In this document: one piece after another, positions 23,624-33,441 of the stretch
Layout of the letters: every line of letters begins with the position of its first letter
How positions within the stretch are numbered: position 1 is the stretch's first letter
NCBI GenBank assembly: GCA_963748215.1
Contig: CAVVHS010000005.1
Location: 1 to 64,000 of the forward strand
Length of the DNA: 64,000 nt
Reading direction: 5' to 3'
From: an uncultured Gammaproteobacteria bacterium
Lineage (GTDB): Bacteria; Pseudomonadota; Gammaproteobacteria; UBA9214
Notes under the pieces: model-generated
What the model was told of the DNA's origin: nothing
What the model saw: the letters and a program-made list of their open reading frames with translations, nothing else
Database searches by the model: none
Position numbers and translations under genes: made by a program

Positions 23624-26497
23624 ATGAACGCACGGGTGATCCAGGTCCCCTGCCACGCTGACCTGCTGGCCGTGCTGGCACGGCATATCGTCACGCACGC
23701 CTCGTCCCTGCCCGACCTGACCGACACCGTTATCCTGTTGCCCGACCTGCAGTTCGCGCCCGACCTGCGCTTCGCCCTGCTCACCGCCGCCGCCACCGCG
23801 GGGCACACCGCCCTGCTCGGTCCGCACATCGACACGCCGGAACACTGGCTGAGTGCGCACACCCCGCTCGATGCGGCGATACCCGGACGCGCACGCCGCG
23901 AACTGCTGCTGGTCGAGGCCATCCGCCAGCACCCGAAGGTATTCGGCACGCAGGATCCCTGGCAACTCGCCGGCGTGCTGATCACGCTGTTCGACGAACT
24001 GACCCTGAACCGCATCCCGGTACCGCCGGACCTGGAGGATTTTACCGCCCTGCTCGCCAGCGCCTACGGCATCGCGCAACAGCTGCCGGAACCGTTCGGA
24101 CTGGAGGCGCGCGTGGTGCACCGGCTGTGGCAGGCCTGGCATGCGCAGCTGCAGGCGGAAGACCTCCTCGATCCGGGCCTGGCCATGCTGCAGCGCCTGG
24201 CCGCGCACACACTTGACGATGACCTGCACTACGTGTTCGCCGGGCTCGATGACCTGAGCGGTGCGGAAGCGGAATGGATCGGGCGCCTGCTCGAGGCCGG
24301 GCGCGCGCACTGCTTCCTGTACCGGCGCCTGCCCGCGACCGACACGCAACGCCCGACCCCGGCACAAGGGCTGATGACAGACGCGGCAGCGGTACAGGAG
24401 CGCACGCCGCTCGGCGACTGCCTCGACAGTGTGTACGCCAGTGGCACGCAGCCCTTGCCGGAGCGTGCCAGGACACTGCGCGCGCAGCATGCCGACCCGC
24501 CGCTGGCCGGCGCCATTCGCACCCTGGCCGCGGCCTCCGCCGAGCAGGAGGCGCGCGCCATCGAGCTGCAGGTGCGGCGCTGGCTGATCGACGGCCACCA
24601 GCCGATCGGTATCGTGACCGAGGACCGGCGCCTGGGGCGGCGTGTACGCGCGCTGCTGGAACGTGCCGGCGTCACCCTGCAGGACCCGGGCGGCTGGGCA
24701 CTGTCCACCACCAGCGCGGCCGCCGCGCTGGAGCGCTGGCTGGAAACAGTGGAAGAGGACTTCGCCCATGCGCCGCTGCTGGACGTGCTGAAATCGCCGT
24801 TCACCTTCACGCACGATGACCCCGCGGCCTTCAGCAACACGGTATTCCGGCTGGAGCGCGATATCGTGCGGCACGAGGGCATCGCGCGCGGCCTGGCGCG
24901 TTACCGCGCACACATCGACAGCCGGCTCGAGCATTACAAAACCGCCTGGACGGCCGCCACCGCGGAACGCCTGCACCAGCTGCTCAACGAGCTGGACCAG
25001 GCCGCGGGCCCGCTGCGCGACTGCCTGACGGGCACCCACCCGCCGGCGCACCTGCTGGCGGCGCTGCGCGCCAGCCTGGAGCGGCTCGGCATGTGGGCCG
25101 CGTTCGAACACGATCCGGCCGGCGAGCGCATCCTGCAGGAATGGCAGCAGCTCGATGCCGCGGCCCGGCACTGCGCCATGCGCCTGACCTGGCTGGAGTT
25201 CCGCGGCTGGCTGGGCAATACGCTGGAGCGACACGATTTCCGCCCGCCGGCCGGCGACAGCGTGGTGTCCCTGCTCACCCTGCAGCAGGCCCGGCTGGGC
25301 CGCTTTGCCGGCCTGGTGATCGGCGCCTGCGACAGCCAGCACCTGCCGACCGCCACCGCCGGCTCACCGTTTTTCAACGACCGGGTGCGCGGCGAGCTCG
25401 GCCTGCCGGTATGGCCCGACCAGTATCATCTGCAGCGCGACCGCCTGCGCCGCCTGCTGGAGTCCGCGCCGCGGGTGCTCATGACCTGGCACAGCGAGGA
25501 CAACGGCGAGCTGCGCACGCCCAGCGCCTGGCTTGCCGCCGTGGAGGATATCCAGCAGCTCGGCTGGCAGTCGTCGCTGCACGATGCACAACTGCAGGCG
25601 CTGCTCGATCAGCCCGGCGCACGGGTCGCCGGCCGACACCCCTTGCCCCAACCCGCGCTCACGCCCCGCCCCGCGCCGGTACTGCCCGCCGCGCGGCTGC
25701 CGCAACGGCTCAGCGTCACCGCGCACGGCAACCTGATCGATTGCCCGTACCGTTTCTTCGCCGCCAGCGGGCTCGGACTCAGGCCACGCGAGGAAGTCAA
25801 ACTCGCTTTCGAAAAGGCCGACTACGGGAACCTCGTGCACCAGGTGCTGCACCGCTTTCACCAGGGCGGCACGGGTTTCCCGGCGCCGTTCATGCGCATT
25901 GACCCGCACTCCCGGGACGGGGCCATGGCACAGCTTGAGGACGTCTCGCGGCGCGTGTTCGAACGGGAACTGGAAGACAACTACGAACACCGTGCCTGGC
26001 TGCGACGCTGGCTGGCGCTGGTCCCGTACTACATCGACTGGCAGATGGCGCACCAGCAGGACTGGCGTTTCAGCGCCGGGGAACTGGGCGGCGAACGGCT
26101 GCTCGCCTCGGGCCAGGTGCTGGAAGGCCGGCTCGACCGGCTCGACAGCGGGGCCGCGGGTGACGCCATCCTCGACTACAAGACCGGCGGCATGCCGGAC
26201 CAGGACGACGTCAACAGCGGCGAGGCCGTGCAGCTGCCGTCCTACGCCCTGCTGGCGGAGCGGCTGCCGGTGCGGGTCGAGTACGTGCATGTCGATAAGA
26301 AGGTGTCCACCGGCCCGGCGCTGGAAGGCGAGGCGCTGACGCAGCTGACGCGCGACGTGCAGGTCCGCCTGGTTGCGCTGCTCGAGGCCATCGCGGCGGG
26401 TACGGCCCTGCCCGCCTGGGGTGACAGCAAGACCTGCAAACACTGCGACATGGATGGCCTGTGCCGGCGGCAGGCGTGGCCGGAGTCTGCGCCATGA
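23624..26497 (+). CDS. addB: AddB-like PD-(D/E)XK nuclease subunit
   Basis: C-term CPYRFF..GRLDRLD..LDYKTG..VQLPSY..CKHCDMDGLC (Fe-S staple). Confidence 0.8.
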   Translation: MNARVIQVPCHADLLAVLARHIVTHASSLPDLTDTVILLPDLQFAPDLRFALLTAAATAGHTALLGPHIDTPEHWLSAHTPLDAAIPGRARRELLLVEAIRQHPKVFGTQDPWQLAGVLITLFDELTLNRIPVPPDLEDFTALLASAYGIAQQLPEPFGLEARVVHRLWQAWHAQLQAEDLLDPGLAMLQRLAAHTLDDDLHYVFAGLDDLSGAEAEWIGRLLEAGRAHCFLYRRLPATDTQRPTPAQGLMTDAAAVQERTPLGDCLDSVYASGTQPLPERARTLRAQHADPPLAGAIRTLAAASAEQEARAIELQVRRWLIDGHQPIGIVTEDRRLGRRVRALLERAGVTLQDPGGWALSTTSAAAALERWLETVEEDFAHAPLLDVLKSPFTFTHDDPAAFSNTVFRLERDIVRHEGIARGLARYRAHIDSRLEHYKTAWTAATAERLHQLLNELDQAAGPLRDCLTGTHPPAHLLAALRASLERLGMWAAFEHDPAGERILQEWQQLDAAARHCAMRLTWLEFRGWLGNTLERHDFRPPAGDSVVSLLTLQQARLGRFAGLVIGACDSQHLPTATAGSPFFNDRVRGELGLPVWPDQYHLQRDRLRRLLESAPRVLMTWHSEDNGELRTPSAWLAAVEDIQQLGWQSSLHDAQLQALLDQPGARVAGRHPLPQPALTPRPAPVLPAARLPQRLSVTAHGNLIDCPYRFFAASGLGLRPREEVKLAFEKADYGNLVHQVLHRFHQGGTGFPAPFMRIDPHSRDGAMAQLEDVSRRVFERELEDNYEHRAWLRRWLALVPYYIDWQMAHQQDWRFSAGELGGERLLASGQVLEGRLDRLDSGAAGDAILDYKTGGMPDQDDVNSGEAVQLPSYALLAERLPVRVEYVHVDKKVSTGPALEGEALTQLTRDVQVRLVALLEAIAAGTALPAWGDSKTCKHCDMDGLCRRQAWPESAP

Positions 26498-29400
26498 CCG
26501 CCGCTGCTACCCGCGATCCGCTGCTGGCGACCGATCCTGCGCGCAACGCCAGCGTGCACGCCTCGGCCGGCACCGGCAAGACCTGGCTGCTGGTGACGCG
26601 CATCCTGCGCCTGTTGCTCACGGGCGTGCGTCCCGACAGCATTCTCGCCGTCACCTTCACGCGCAAGGCGGCGGGCGAAATGGAACAGCGCATCATGGAA
26701 CGCCTGCGGGAACTGATGTGCGCCTCGCTCGAACGGCTCGACATCCTGCTCGCGCAATGCGGCATCACGCCGGATGACGACGTCCGCGCGCGCGCCCGGC
26801 AATTGTACGAGCAGGTCCTGTTCAATCCCTGGCGACTGCGGGCCACCACCTTTCACGCCTTCTGCCAGGAACTGCTGCAGCGCTTTCCGCTGGAGGCCGG
26901 CGTCATGCCCGGCTTCGAGATTCTCGAGGCCACCGGGCTGTCGGAGCAGGCCGCGCGTGATGCGCTGCTGGCGGAAACGGCCGCGCAACCCGATGGCGCT
27001 CTGGCGCAGGCACTTGCCACGCTGGTGGAAGGCTGCAACGGCCTGCACAACGCGGTCGCGTCCCTGCGCGCGTTCCTGGCGCGGCGCAGCGACTGGTGGG
27101 CCTGGGTGCAGGACGAACCCGATGCGCATGGCTTTGCCTGTCGCCGGCTCGCTGATTTTCTTGCCATCGAGCCGGAACGCGATCCGCTGCAGGGCTTTCC
27201 CTCCGCCGCGCTGCGTGGGCAGCTGGCGGAATTCGCCGCCCTGCTGGAACGCAACACCAGCACCGACAAGGACCTCGCCGTCGGACTGTCCGATGCACTG
27301 GCCGGAAAGGCGGATCAAGCGGCGCTGCTCGATGCCATCAGCCCGGTGTTTCTTACCGCGAAAGGTGAACCGCGCGCACGCAAGGCCAGCAAGGCGCAAC
27401 AGCAGCGACTCGGCGTGGCTGGCGAGGCGCGTTACCTGGCGCTGCACGCCGAACTGAGCGAGACACTGGTTACGCTGCACGACATGCTTGCACGCCACCG
27501 GACCTGGCGCACCACCACGGCGTGGTACACCGCCGGCTTGCGCCTGCTGGAGCACTTTATGCGCATCAAGCGCGAACAGCGCGTGCTCGATTTCTCCGAC
27601 CTCGAGTGGCAGGCCTGCGAACTGCTCAACCGCAGTGCGCACGCCAGCTGGGTGCAGTACAAGCTGGACGCACGCATCGATCACCTGCTGGTGGATGAAT
27701 TCCAGGACACCAATCCCACCCAGTGGCGCCTGCTGTTGCCGCTGCTGGAGGAACTGGCCGCCGGCGGCGCCGAGCGCGCGCGCTCGGTGTTCCTGGTCGG
27801 CGACCGCAAGCAGTCCATCTACAGTTTCCGGCGCGCCAATCCGGCCCTGCTGGGCCAGGCCTCAGACTGGCTGGCGCAGCGACTCGACGCACAACGTTTC
27901 CCGCTGGATGCCTCGCGGCGCTCGGCGCAGGCGGTCATGGACTGTGTCAACGCCGTGTTCGGCCGGCCGCCGCTCAACACACTGCTCAGCGACTTCACCC
28001 CCCACACCACCCACCTGGCCGACGACTTCGGTCACGTGGAACTGCTGCCGCTGGTCACGGCGGCAGACCCGCCGGACACCGTCGCGGCAGCGCGCAGCGG
28101 CCTGCGCAACCCGTTGCAGGAACCGCGCAGGGTCGCCGAGGATGTGCGTTACGCAACCGAGGGCCGCCTGATCGCAACGCGCATCGGGCAGCTCGTCGCG
28201 GCGCATACGCCCGTGACCCGTGACGGAGCGGTGCGCACACTCGGTTACGGCGACGTCATGATCCTGCTGCGCCAGCGCACCCATGCCGGCGCCTACGAGG
28301 ATGCACTGCGCGCAGCCGGCATCCCCTACCTCAGCGCCAGCAAGGGCCTGCTGCTGGAGAATCTGGAAGTGCGCGACCTGGTCGCGCTGCTGAATACCCT
28401 GATCGCGCCCTACGACAACCTGGCGCTGGCGCAGGTGCTGCGCGCACCGCTGTTCGGGCTGGACAGCGAGCAGCTGGTGCCACTGGCCAGCGGCGATGCG
28501 GTTTACTGGTACGAGCGTCTTGTGCAGCTTGCCGACACCGGACAGACACCCTACGACGCCATCCACGCGCAGCTGGAACGCTGGCGCATGCTGGCCGGCC
28601 AGGTGCCGGTGCATGACCTGCTGGACCGCATCTTTCACGAAGGCGAAATCGTGCAGCGCTACGAGGCTGCCTTCCCGGCCGCACTGCTGCCGCGCGTGCG
28701 CGCCAGCCTGACGCGCTTCATCGAACTGGCGCTGGAGATCGACCACGGCCGCTACCCGAGCCTGCCGCGCTTCCTCGAGCAGCTCAACCGGCTGCGCGGC
28801 TCCGACCAGGACCAGCCCGATGAAAGCACACCGGACGACGCCGGCGGGGACCGCGTACGACTGCTCACCATCCACGGCGCCAAGGGCCTGGAGGCACCGG
28901 TAGTCTTCCTCGCCGACACTGCCGCGACGCCGCGCAGCCGGGACGCCTATACAGTACTGCTTCGGCAGGCAAGCGACAGCGCCAGGCCCGACCTGTTCAC
29001 GCTGGCCGGCCGGCGCGCGGACGCGGATGCGGCCACGCGCACCCTGCTGGCACAGCAGGAGGTGGAGCAGCGCGCCGAGGACGCCAACCTGCTGTACGTG
29101 GCGCTGACGCGCGCACGTCAGTACCTGTTCATCTCCGGCAGCCAGCCGGACCGTGGCCATGCCGGCAGCTGGTATGCACAGATCGACAGCGCGCTCGCCG
29201 ACTGGCCGCAGACAACGGATGGCCATCGCTATCGCAGCACCGGTACACCCGCTGCGCTCTCACCACGGACCGTCGAGCCTGCCCCGGCCATCGCGGTCGA
29301 CCCGAGACTTGCGCAAGCGCTCACGGTCAGGCCCGCGTACATCCGCATCGCGCCCAGCCTGCAGGCGCATGCCGCCACCGATACCGCGGGCGACCCGGAT

Positions 29401-29898
29401 GGCCGAGAACGCGGCATCGCCATCCATACCCTGCTCGAGCACCTGAGCCGCGCGCCGCAACCGGCCGATGCCGCCCTGCGCGCACGGCTCGCCGGCCTGC
29501 TGCGGCGCGAGACCGGCGACCCCGAGTTCATGCACTGGTGGCAACACGCCCTCGAGGTCGTGCAGGACGCGCGGCTGGCGGCACTGTTCGATGCCGGCCG
29601 TTTCACGCAGGCCTGGAACGAGGTGCCGGTGCAGTACCTCGAGGATGACCGCCTCGTGCACGGCATTATCGACCGCGTAGTGCTTATCGAAAACAGTGTC
29701 ACGCTGATCGATTACAAGACGCACCGCCATGCCGCACCCGGTACGCTGGGCGAGCTGGTCGACGCCTACCGTGCACAGATGCGATGCTATGCCAGTGCGG
29801 CGCACCGGCTCTGGCCACAACACCGCCTGCATACCTGCCTGCTGTTCACGGCCTGCCGTGAACTGGTCAGCGTGGATGGGTTACAATCCGGCGCCTGA
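26494..29898 (+). CDS. addA: AddA-like UvrD helicase-nuclease
   Basis: ASAGTGKT, VDEFQDT, VGDRKQSIYSFR, TIHGAKGLE, YVALTRA, GIIDR..IDYKT. Confidence 0.88.
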   Translation: MTAAATRDPLLATDPARNASVHASAGTGKTWLLVTRILRLLLTGVRPDSILAVTFTRKAAGEMEQRIMERLRELMCASLERLDILLAQCGITPDDDVRARARQLYEQVLFNPWRLRATTFHAFCQELLQRFPLEAGVMPGFEILEATGLSEQAARDALLAETAAQPDGALAQALATLVEGCNGLHNAVASLRAFLARRSDWWAWVQDEPDAHGFACRRLADFLAIEPERDPLQGFPSAALRGQLAEFAALLERNTSTDKDLAVGLSDALAGKADQAALLDAISPVFLTAKGEPRARKASKAQQQRLGVAGEARYLALHAELSETLVTLHDMLARHRTWRTTTAWYTAGLRLLEHFMRIKREQRVLDFSDLEWQACELLNRSAHASWVQYKLDARIDHLLVDEFQDTNPTQWRLLLPLLEELAAGGAERARSVFLVGDRKQSIYSFRRANPALLGQASDWLAQRLDAQRFPLDASRRSAQAVMDCVNAVFGRPPLNTLLSDFTPHTTHLADDFGHVELLPLVTAADPPDTVAAARSGLRNPLQEPRRVAEDVRYATEGRLIATRIGQLVAAHTPVTRDGAVRTLGYGDVMILLRQRTHAGAYEDALRAAGIPYLSASKGLLLENLEVRDLVALLNTLIAPYDNLALAQVLRAPLFGLDSEQLVPLASGDAVYWYERLVQLADTGQTPYDAIHAQLERWRMLAGQVPVHDLLDRIFHEGEIVQRYEAAFPAALLPRVRASLTRFIELALEIDHGRYPSLPRFLEQLNRLRGSDQDQPDESTPDDAGGDRVRLLTIHGAKGLEAPVVFLADTAATPRSRDAYTVLLRQASDSARPDLFTLAGRRADADAATRTLLAQQEVEQRAEDANLLYVALTRARQYLFISGSQPDRGHAGSWYAQIDSALADWPQTTDGHRYRSTGTPAALSPRTVEPAPAIAVDPRLAQALTVRPAYIRIAPSLQAHAATDTAGDPDGRERGIAIHTLLEHLSRAPQPADAALRARLAGLLRRETGDPEFMHWWQHALEVVQDARLAALFDAGRFTQAWNEVPVQYLEDDRLVHGIIDRVVLIENSVTLIDYKTHRHAAPGTLGELVDAYRAQMRCYASAAHRLWPQHRLHTCLLFTACRELVSVDGLQSGA

Positions 29899-29933
29899 AC
29901 CCGGCAATCCGACGACATAACGATCAACTTGAT

Positions 29934-30797
29934 ATGAATGACTTGCAGAATATTACTGATGTAACACTCGAAACATTTCCCACGCAGGTGCTGGAACGTT
30001 CGCGGCAGGTCCCGGTGCTGGTCGACTACTGGGCGGACTGGTGCGGACCGTGCCAGATGCAGATGCCGGTGCTGAAGAAACTGGTCGAGGACTACGCCGG
30101 CAAGTTCGTGCTGGCCAAGGTCGATACCGACCAGCAGCGCGAGCTGGCCGTACAGCACAACATCCGCAGCCTGCCGACCATGCGGCTGTACCGGAATGGC
30201 GACATGGCCGAGGAAATCCTTGGCGCGCAGACCGAGTCGACCCTGCGCATCCTCCTTGATCGCTATGTCGAGCGCGAGTCGGACCAGCTCCGCAACCAGG
30301 CGCGTGCCCTGTTCGAACAGGGCGAACGGGCACAGGCGCTGGAGCTGCTGGCCACAACGCATGCGCAGGAACCCGACAATCACCAGGTCACGCTGGATTA
30401 CGCGGAACTCTGCCTGGGGACCGGCAGTGTGCAGCTGGCGGAACAGCTGCTGGGCGAACTGCCCTTCGATGTGCGCAACGAACCCGAGGCCGTGCGCCTG
30501 CGTGCGCTGCTTGATTTCACACTGGCCGCCGGCGCAACGGAGGATCTGGCCGACCTGGAACAAGCCGTCGCGGCATCCCCCGACGACAGTTCGTTGCGCT
30601 ACCGGCTGGGCGCCGCCTGCGTGCTGTCCGACCGGCTGGACGCGGCACTGGAACACTTCCTGTACCTGCTGCAGCACGACCGCGCGTTCCAGGACGACGC
30701 CGGCCGCAAGGCCATGCTGGCCGTTTTCGACCTGCTCGGCAACGAGGGTGAGCTGGTGAGCAGCTACCGGCGCAGGATGTCGACTGCGCTGCTGTGA
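29934..30797 (+). CDS. ybbN: Thioredoxin-TPR co-chaperone (YbbN/CnoX)
   Basis: WADWCGPC plus TPR C-term ending YRRRMSTALL. Confidence 0.88.
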   Translation: MNDLQNITDVTLETFPTQVLERSRQVPVLVDYWADWCGPCQMQMPVLKKLVEDYAGKFVLAKVDTDQQRELAVQHNIRSLPTMRLYRNGDMAEEILGAQTESTLRILLDRYVERESDQLRNQARALFEQGERAQALELLATTHAQEPDNHQVTLDYAELCLGTGSVQLAEQLLGELPFDVRNEPEAVRLRALLDFTLAAGATEDLADLEQAVAASPDDSSLRYRLGAACVLSDRLDAALEHFLYLLQHDRAFQDDAGRKAMLAVFDLLGNEGELVSSYRRRMSTALL

Positions 30798-30818
30798 GCC
30801 TGCGCACCCCGGAAATCA

Positions 30819-31564
30819 CTCGCGCGTAGACGCAGGTGTCACAGAGGATTCAGCACAATTCTGTCTCGCGCCAAGGCGCCAAGGCGCAAAGAAAAATAAT
30901 TGCCACAGCGGGCGCGGAGTACACAGAGAAAATCTGTTACTGCCCACTGCTGATGGTATGGACCCATCCCACTTTTAACCGGCCTCGCAATGGGCCAAGA
31001 TGCAGGACGTTCTTTTCCCGGAGCGCATCCCTTTTTGTAGGAGCGCATCTCATGGCCGTTCCCGCAAATCCATGTGCTCCACGGCACTTGTACATCCTGG
31101 ACATCGCGCGATAGATAATGGCCACGGAATCACACGGAAGGACACGGAAAGAAAAAACCAGCATCCTTCAGGCACGCAACGCGCCGGGACCTGCAGGAGC
31201 GGACATTGTCCGCGATCTTTTCACATCCCGCAAAGATCGCGCATAAGATGCGCTCCTGAAAAAAAACGCCATGAATTTATTTTTCCGTGTATTTCCGTGT
31301 GCTTTCGTGGCTACATATTATGCAGGGTGCACTCCGTGCACCCTTTTCGGTGCGTAAAACGCACCCTACGGCCGTAATGAATAACATGTAATTTTTCCGT
31401 GTGCTTCCGTGGATTCCGTGGCCATTTTATATAGGCGCTCTCCCTGCGCACCGCTAACGGTGCGTAAAACGCACCCTACATCTCACCCGGCATTGGTTAT
31501 TATTTCCGTGTTATTCCGTGTGATTCCGTGGCCATTATTCTTTTCACGTTTCACGTCTTACGTC
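30819..31564. repeat. Mosaic intergenic repeat cluster (REP doublets alternating with short-period triplets)
   Basis: GTAGGAGCG- and GTAGGGTGC-type REPs; TTCCGTG triplets at 31283, 31395, 31504 and inverted at 31122; CGCMAAG, CACAGAG and TCACGT triplets. Confidence 0.85.
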
Positions 31565-31598
31565 ATATGGCAATAATGCCATAGTAAATGGCTGATGT

Positions 31599-32330
31599 TC
31601 ACAGCCCGTTCTGCTCGAGCACCTGGGCGAGCTTCTTCGGCGTTACATAACCTGGCAGCAACTGGCCGTCGTCGAGCAGCAGCGCGGGGGTGCCACTGAC
31701 ACCCAGCTGGCGTCCGAGGTCGAGACTTGCCCTGACAGGGTTGTCGCAGGTTGCGCGCGGCATCTCCGCACCGGCCTTGGCACGTGTCAGTGCAGCCTGA
31801 CGATCGTCGCTGCACCACACCGAGACGGCCTTGAAGTAGGACGGTGTGTCCGGCCCGCTGCGCGGGAACAGCATGTAACGCACAGTGATGCCTTCCTTGT
31901 TGTACCCGGCGATGTCATTGTGCAGCTTGCGGCAGTAACCGCAATCGATGTCCGTGAACACCGTCATCGTGTGGCGCGGCTTGTCGGCCGGGAAGATGAT
32001 CATGTCCTTCTCGCTGACCTTCTTGATCAGCTCGTGGCGCACGCTGCTCAGGCGCTTTTCACTGAGGTCGGTGCGCGTTGCCAGCTCGATCAGGGTGCCA
32101 TCGAATATGTACTTGCCGTCGTTGGTGACATAGAACAGCTTGGTCCCGATCAGGACCTCGGACATCCCGGCCATCGGTGCCGGCGTAATGGAATCGACGG
32201 TGACGTCAGGCAGCACGTTCCTGATCGCCTTGCGCACGGCGTCATCCGTACCGGTCCCGGCATTGACGAGGTGAACCGCCAGCGCCCCCAGGCCCAGCAG
32301 GCAGACAGCAAAGAGTTGTTTTGTTTTCAT
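31599..32330 (-). CDS. dsbC: Disulfide isomerase DsbC
   Basis: Signal peptide, FTDIDCGYCRKLH, GTP; downstream of xerD. Confidence 0.92.
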   Translation of the reverse strand: MKTKQLFAVCLLGLGALAVHLVNAGTGTDDAVRKAIRNVLPDVTVDSITPAPMAGMSEVLIGTKLFYVTNDGKYIFDGTLIELATRTDLSEKRLSSVRHELIKKVSEKDMIIFPADKPRHTMTVFTDIDCGYCRKLHNDIAGYNKEGITVRYMLFPRSGPDTPSYFKAVSVWCSDDRQAALTRAKAGAEMPRATCDNPVRASLDLGRQLGVSGTPALLLDDGQLLPGYVTPKKLAQVLEQNGL

Positions 32331-32434
32331 AATGAATTCCAGGTTTGTTTTCAGGACAGGTGAAAGCTCTGACAGCAAAGCGGCAGGCAGGGTTCAGGCG
32401 GACGTTCAAGCAACCAATCGCGCCTAAACCGTTC

Positions 32435-33376
32435 TCATCCGCGCGGGTGGTGTTGTGCATGCAGATCCTTGAGACGCTCACGTGCCACATGAGTATAGAT
32501 CTGTGTCGTCGACAGGTCACTATGCCCCAGCAGCATCTGCACCACGCGCAGGTCCGCGCCGTGGTTGAGCAGGTGGGTCGCGAAGGCGTGACGCAGGGTA
32601 TGCGGTGACAAGTGCTTGTTTATTCCGGCTTTTATAGCATGCAGTCGGAGTCGGTGCCAGAATGTCTGGCGAGTCATGCCCTGGCCGCGGCGCGACACAA
32701 ACAGGTGGTGGGACGCCACCGCCAGCTGCGGGCGCGACTCATCGAGGTAGCGCTGCAGCCACTCCACGGCCTCCTCGCCCAGCGGCACCAGGCGTTCCTT
32801 GCTGCCCTTGCCCATCAGTCGTACCACACCCTGGGTAAGGTTGACCTGGTCGGTGGTCAGGCCGACCAGCTCGGACACGCGCAGGCCACAGGCGTACAGC
32901 AGTTCCAGCATGGCGCGGTCGCGCAGGCCCAGGGCGTCGCCGGTATCCGGGGCGTGTAACAGCTCGTCCACTTCCTGCTCGCTCAGGGTGTCCGGCAACG
33001 GCCGGCCGATACGCGGTGATTCGATGCGCACGCTGGGGTCTTCGGTAATGCGGCCCTCACGCACCAGGTGCCGGTAGAAACGGCGCAGCGAGGACAGCAG
33101 GCGGGCCGTGGTGCGGGGTTTTGCCCCGTCCATCACCCGCGCCGAGAGATAGTCCAGCAGATCCTGGCGCCGGGCCTCCAGCAGCGTCCGGCCCTGCGGC
33201 AGCAGCCAGGCGGCCAGCCCGGCGAGGTCGTTGCGGTAGGCCGCCAGCGTGTGATCGCTCAGGCCGCGCTCCATCCACAGCGCATCGGCGAAATGCTCGA
33301 TCTCGCGCAACTCGGCCGCCAGCGCCGCAGCCTCCGGCGTTTCAGCCGCAGTCACGGCGGGACGGGTTCGCTTCAC
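32435..33376 (-). CDS. xerD: Tyrosine recombinase XerD
   Basis: LYACGLRVSEL, GKGSKERLVP, SPHTLRHAFATHLLNHGADLR..TTQIYTHV. Confidence 0.95.
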   Translation of the reverse strand: MKRTRPAVTAAETPEAAALAAELREIEHFADALWMERGLSDHTLAAYRNDLAGLAAWLLPQGRTLLEARRQDLLDYLSARVMDGAKPRTTARLLSSLRRFYRHLVREGRITEDPSVRIESPRIGRPLPDTLSEQEVDELLHAPDTGDALGLRDRAMLELLYACGLRVSELVGLTTDQVNLTQGVVRLMGKGSKERLVPLGEEAVEWLQRYLDESRPQLAVASHHLFVSRRGQGMTRQTFWHRLRLHAIKAGINKHLSPHTLRHAFATHLLNHGADLRVVQMLLGHSDLSTTQIYTHVARERLKDLHAQHHPRG

Positions 33377-33441
33377 GGCGGGTCTGTATCAGGCTATTCT
33401 GCACCCCCGCACCATACGATCACAGCGAAACAACCGCAACC

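Noticed and set aside
31122-31533. CRISPR or TIGR-like guide array
   Set aside because: Repeats are degenerate with mixed orientation, the spacers are REP doublets, and there is no adjacent effector gene
32435-33376. Mobile-element integrase
   Set aside because: Canonical chromosomal XerD in xerD-dsbC synteny
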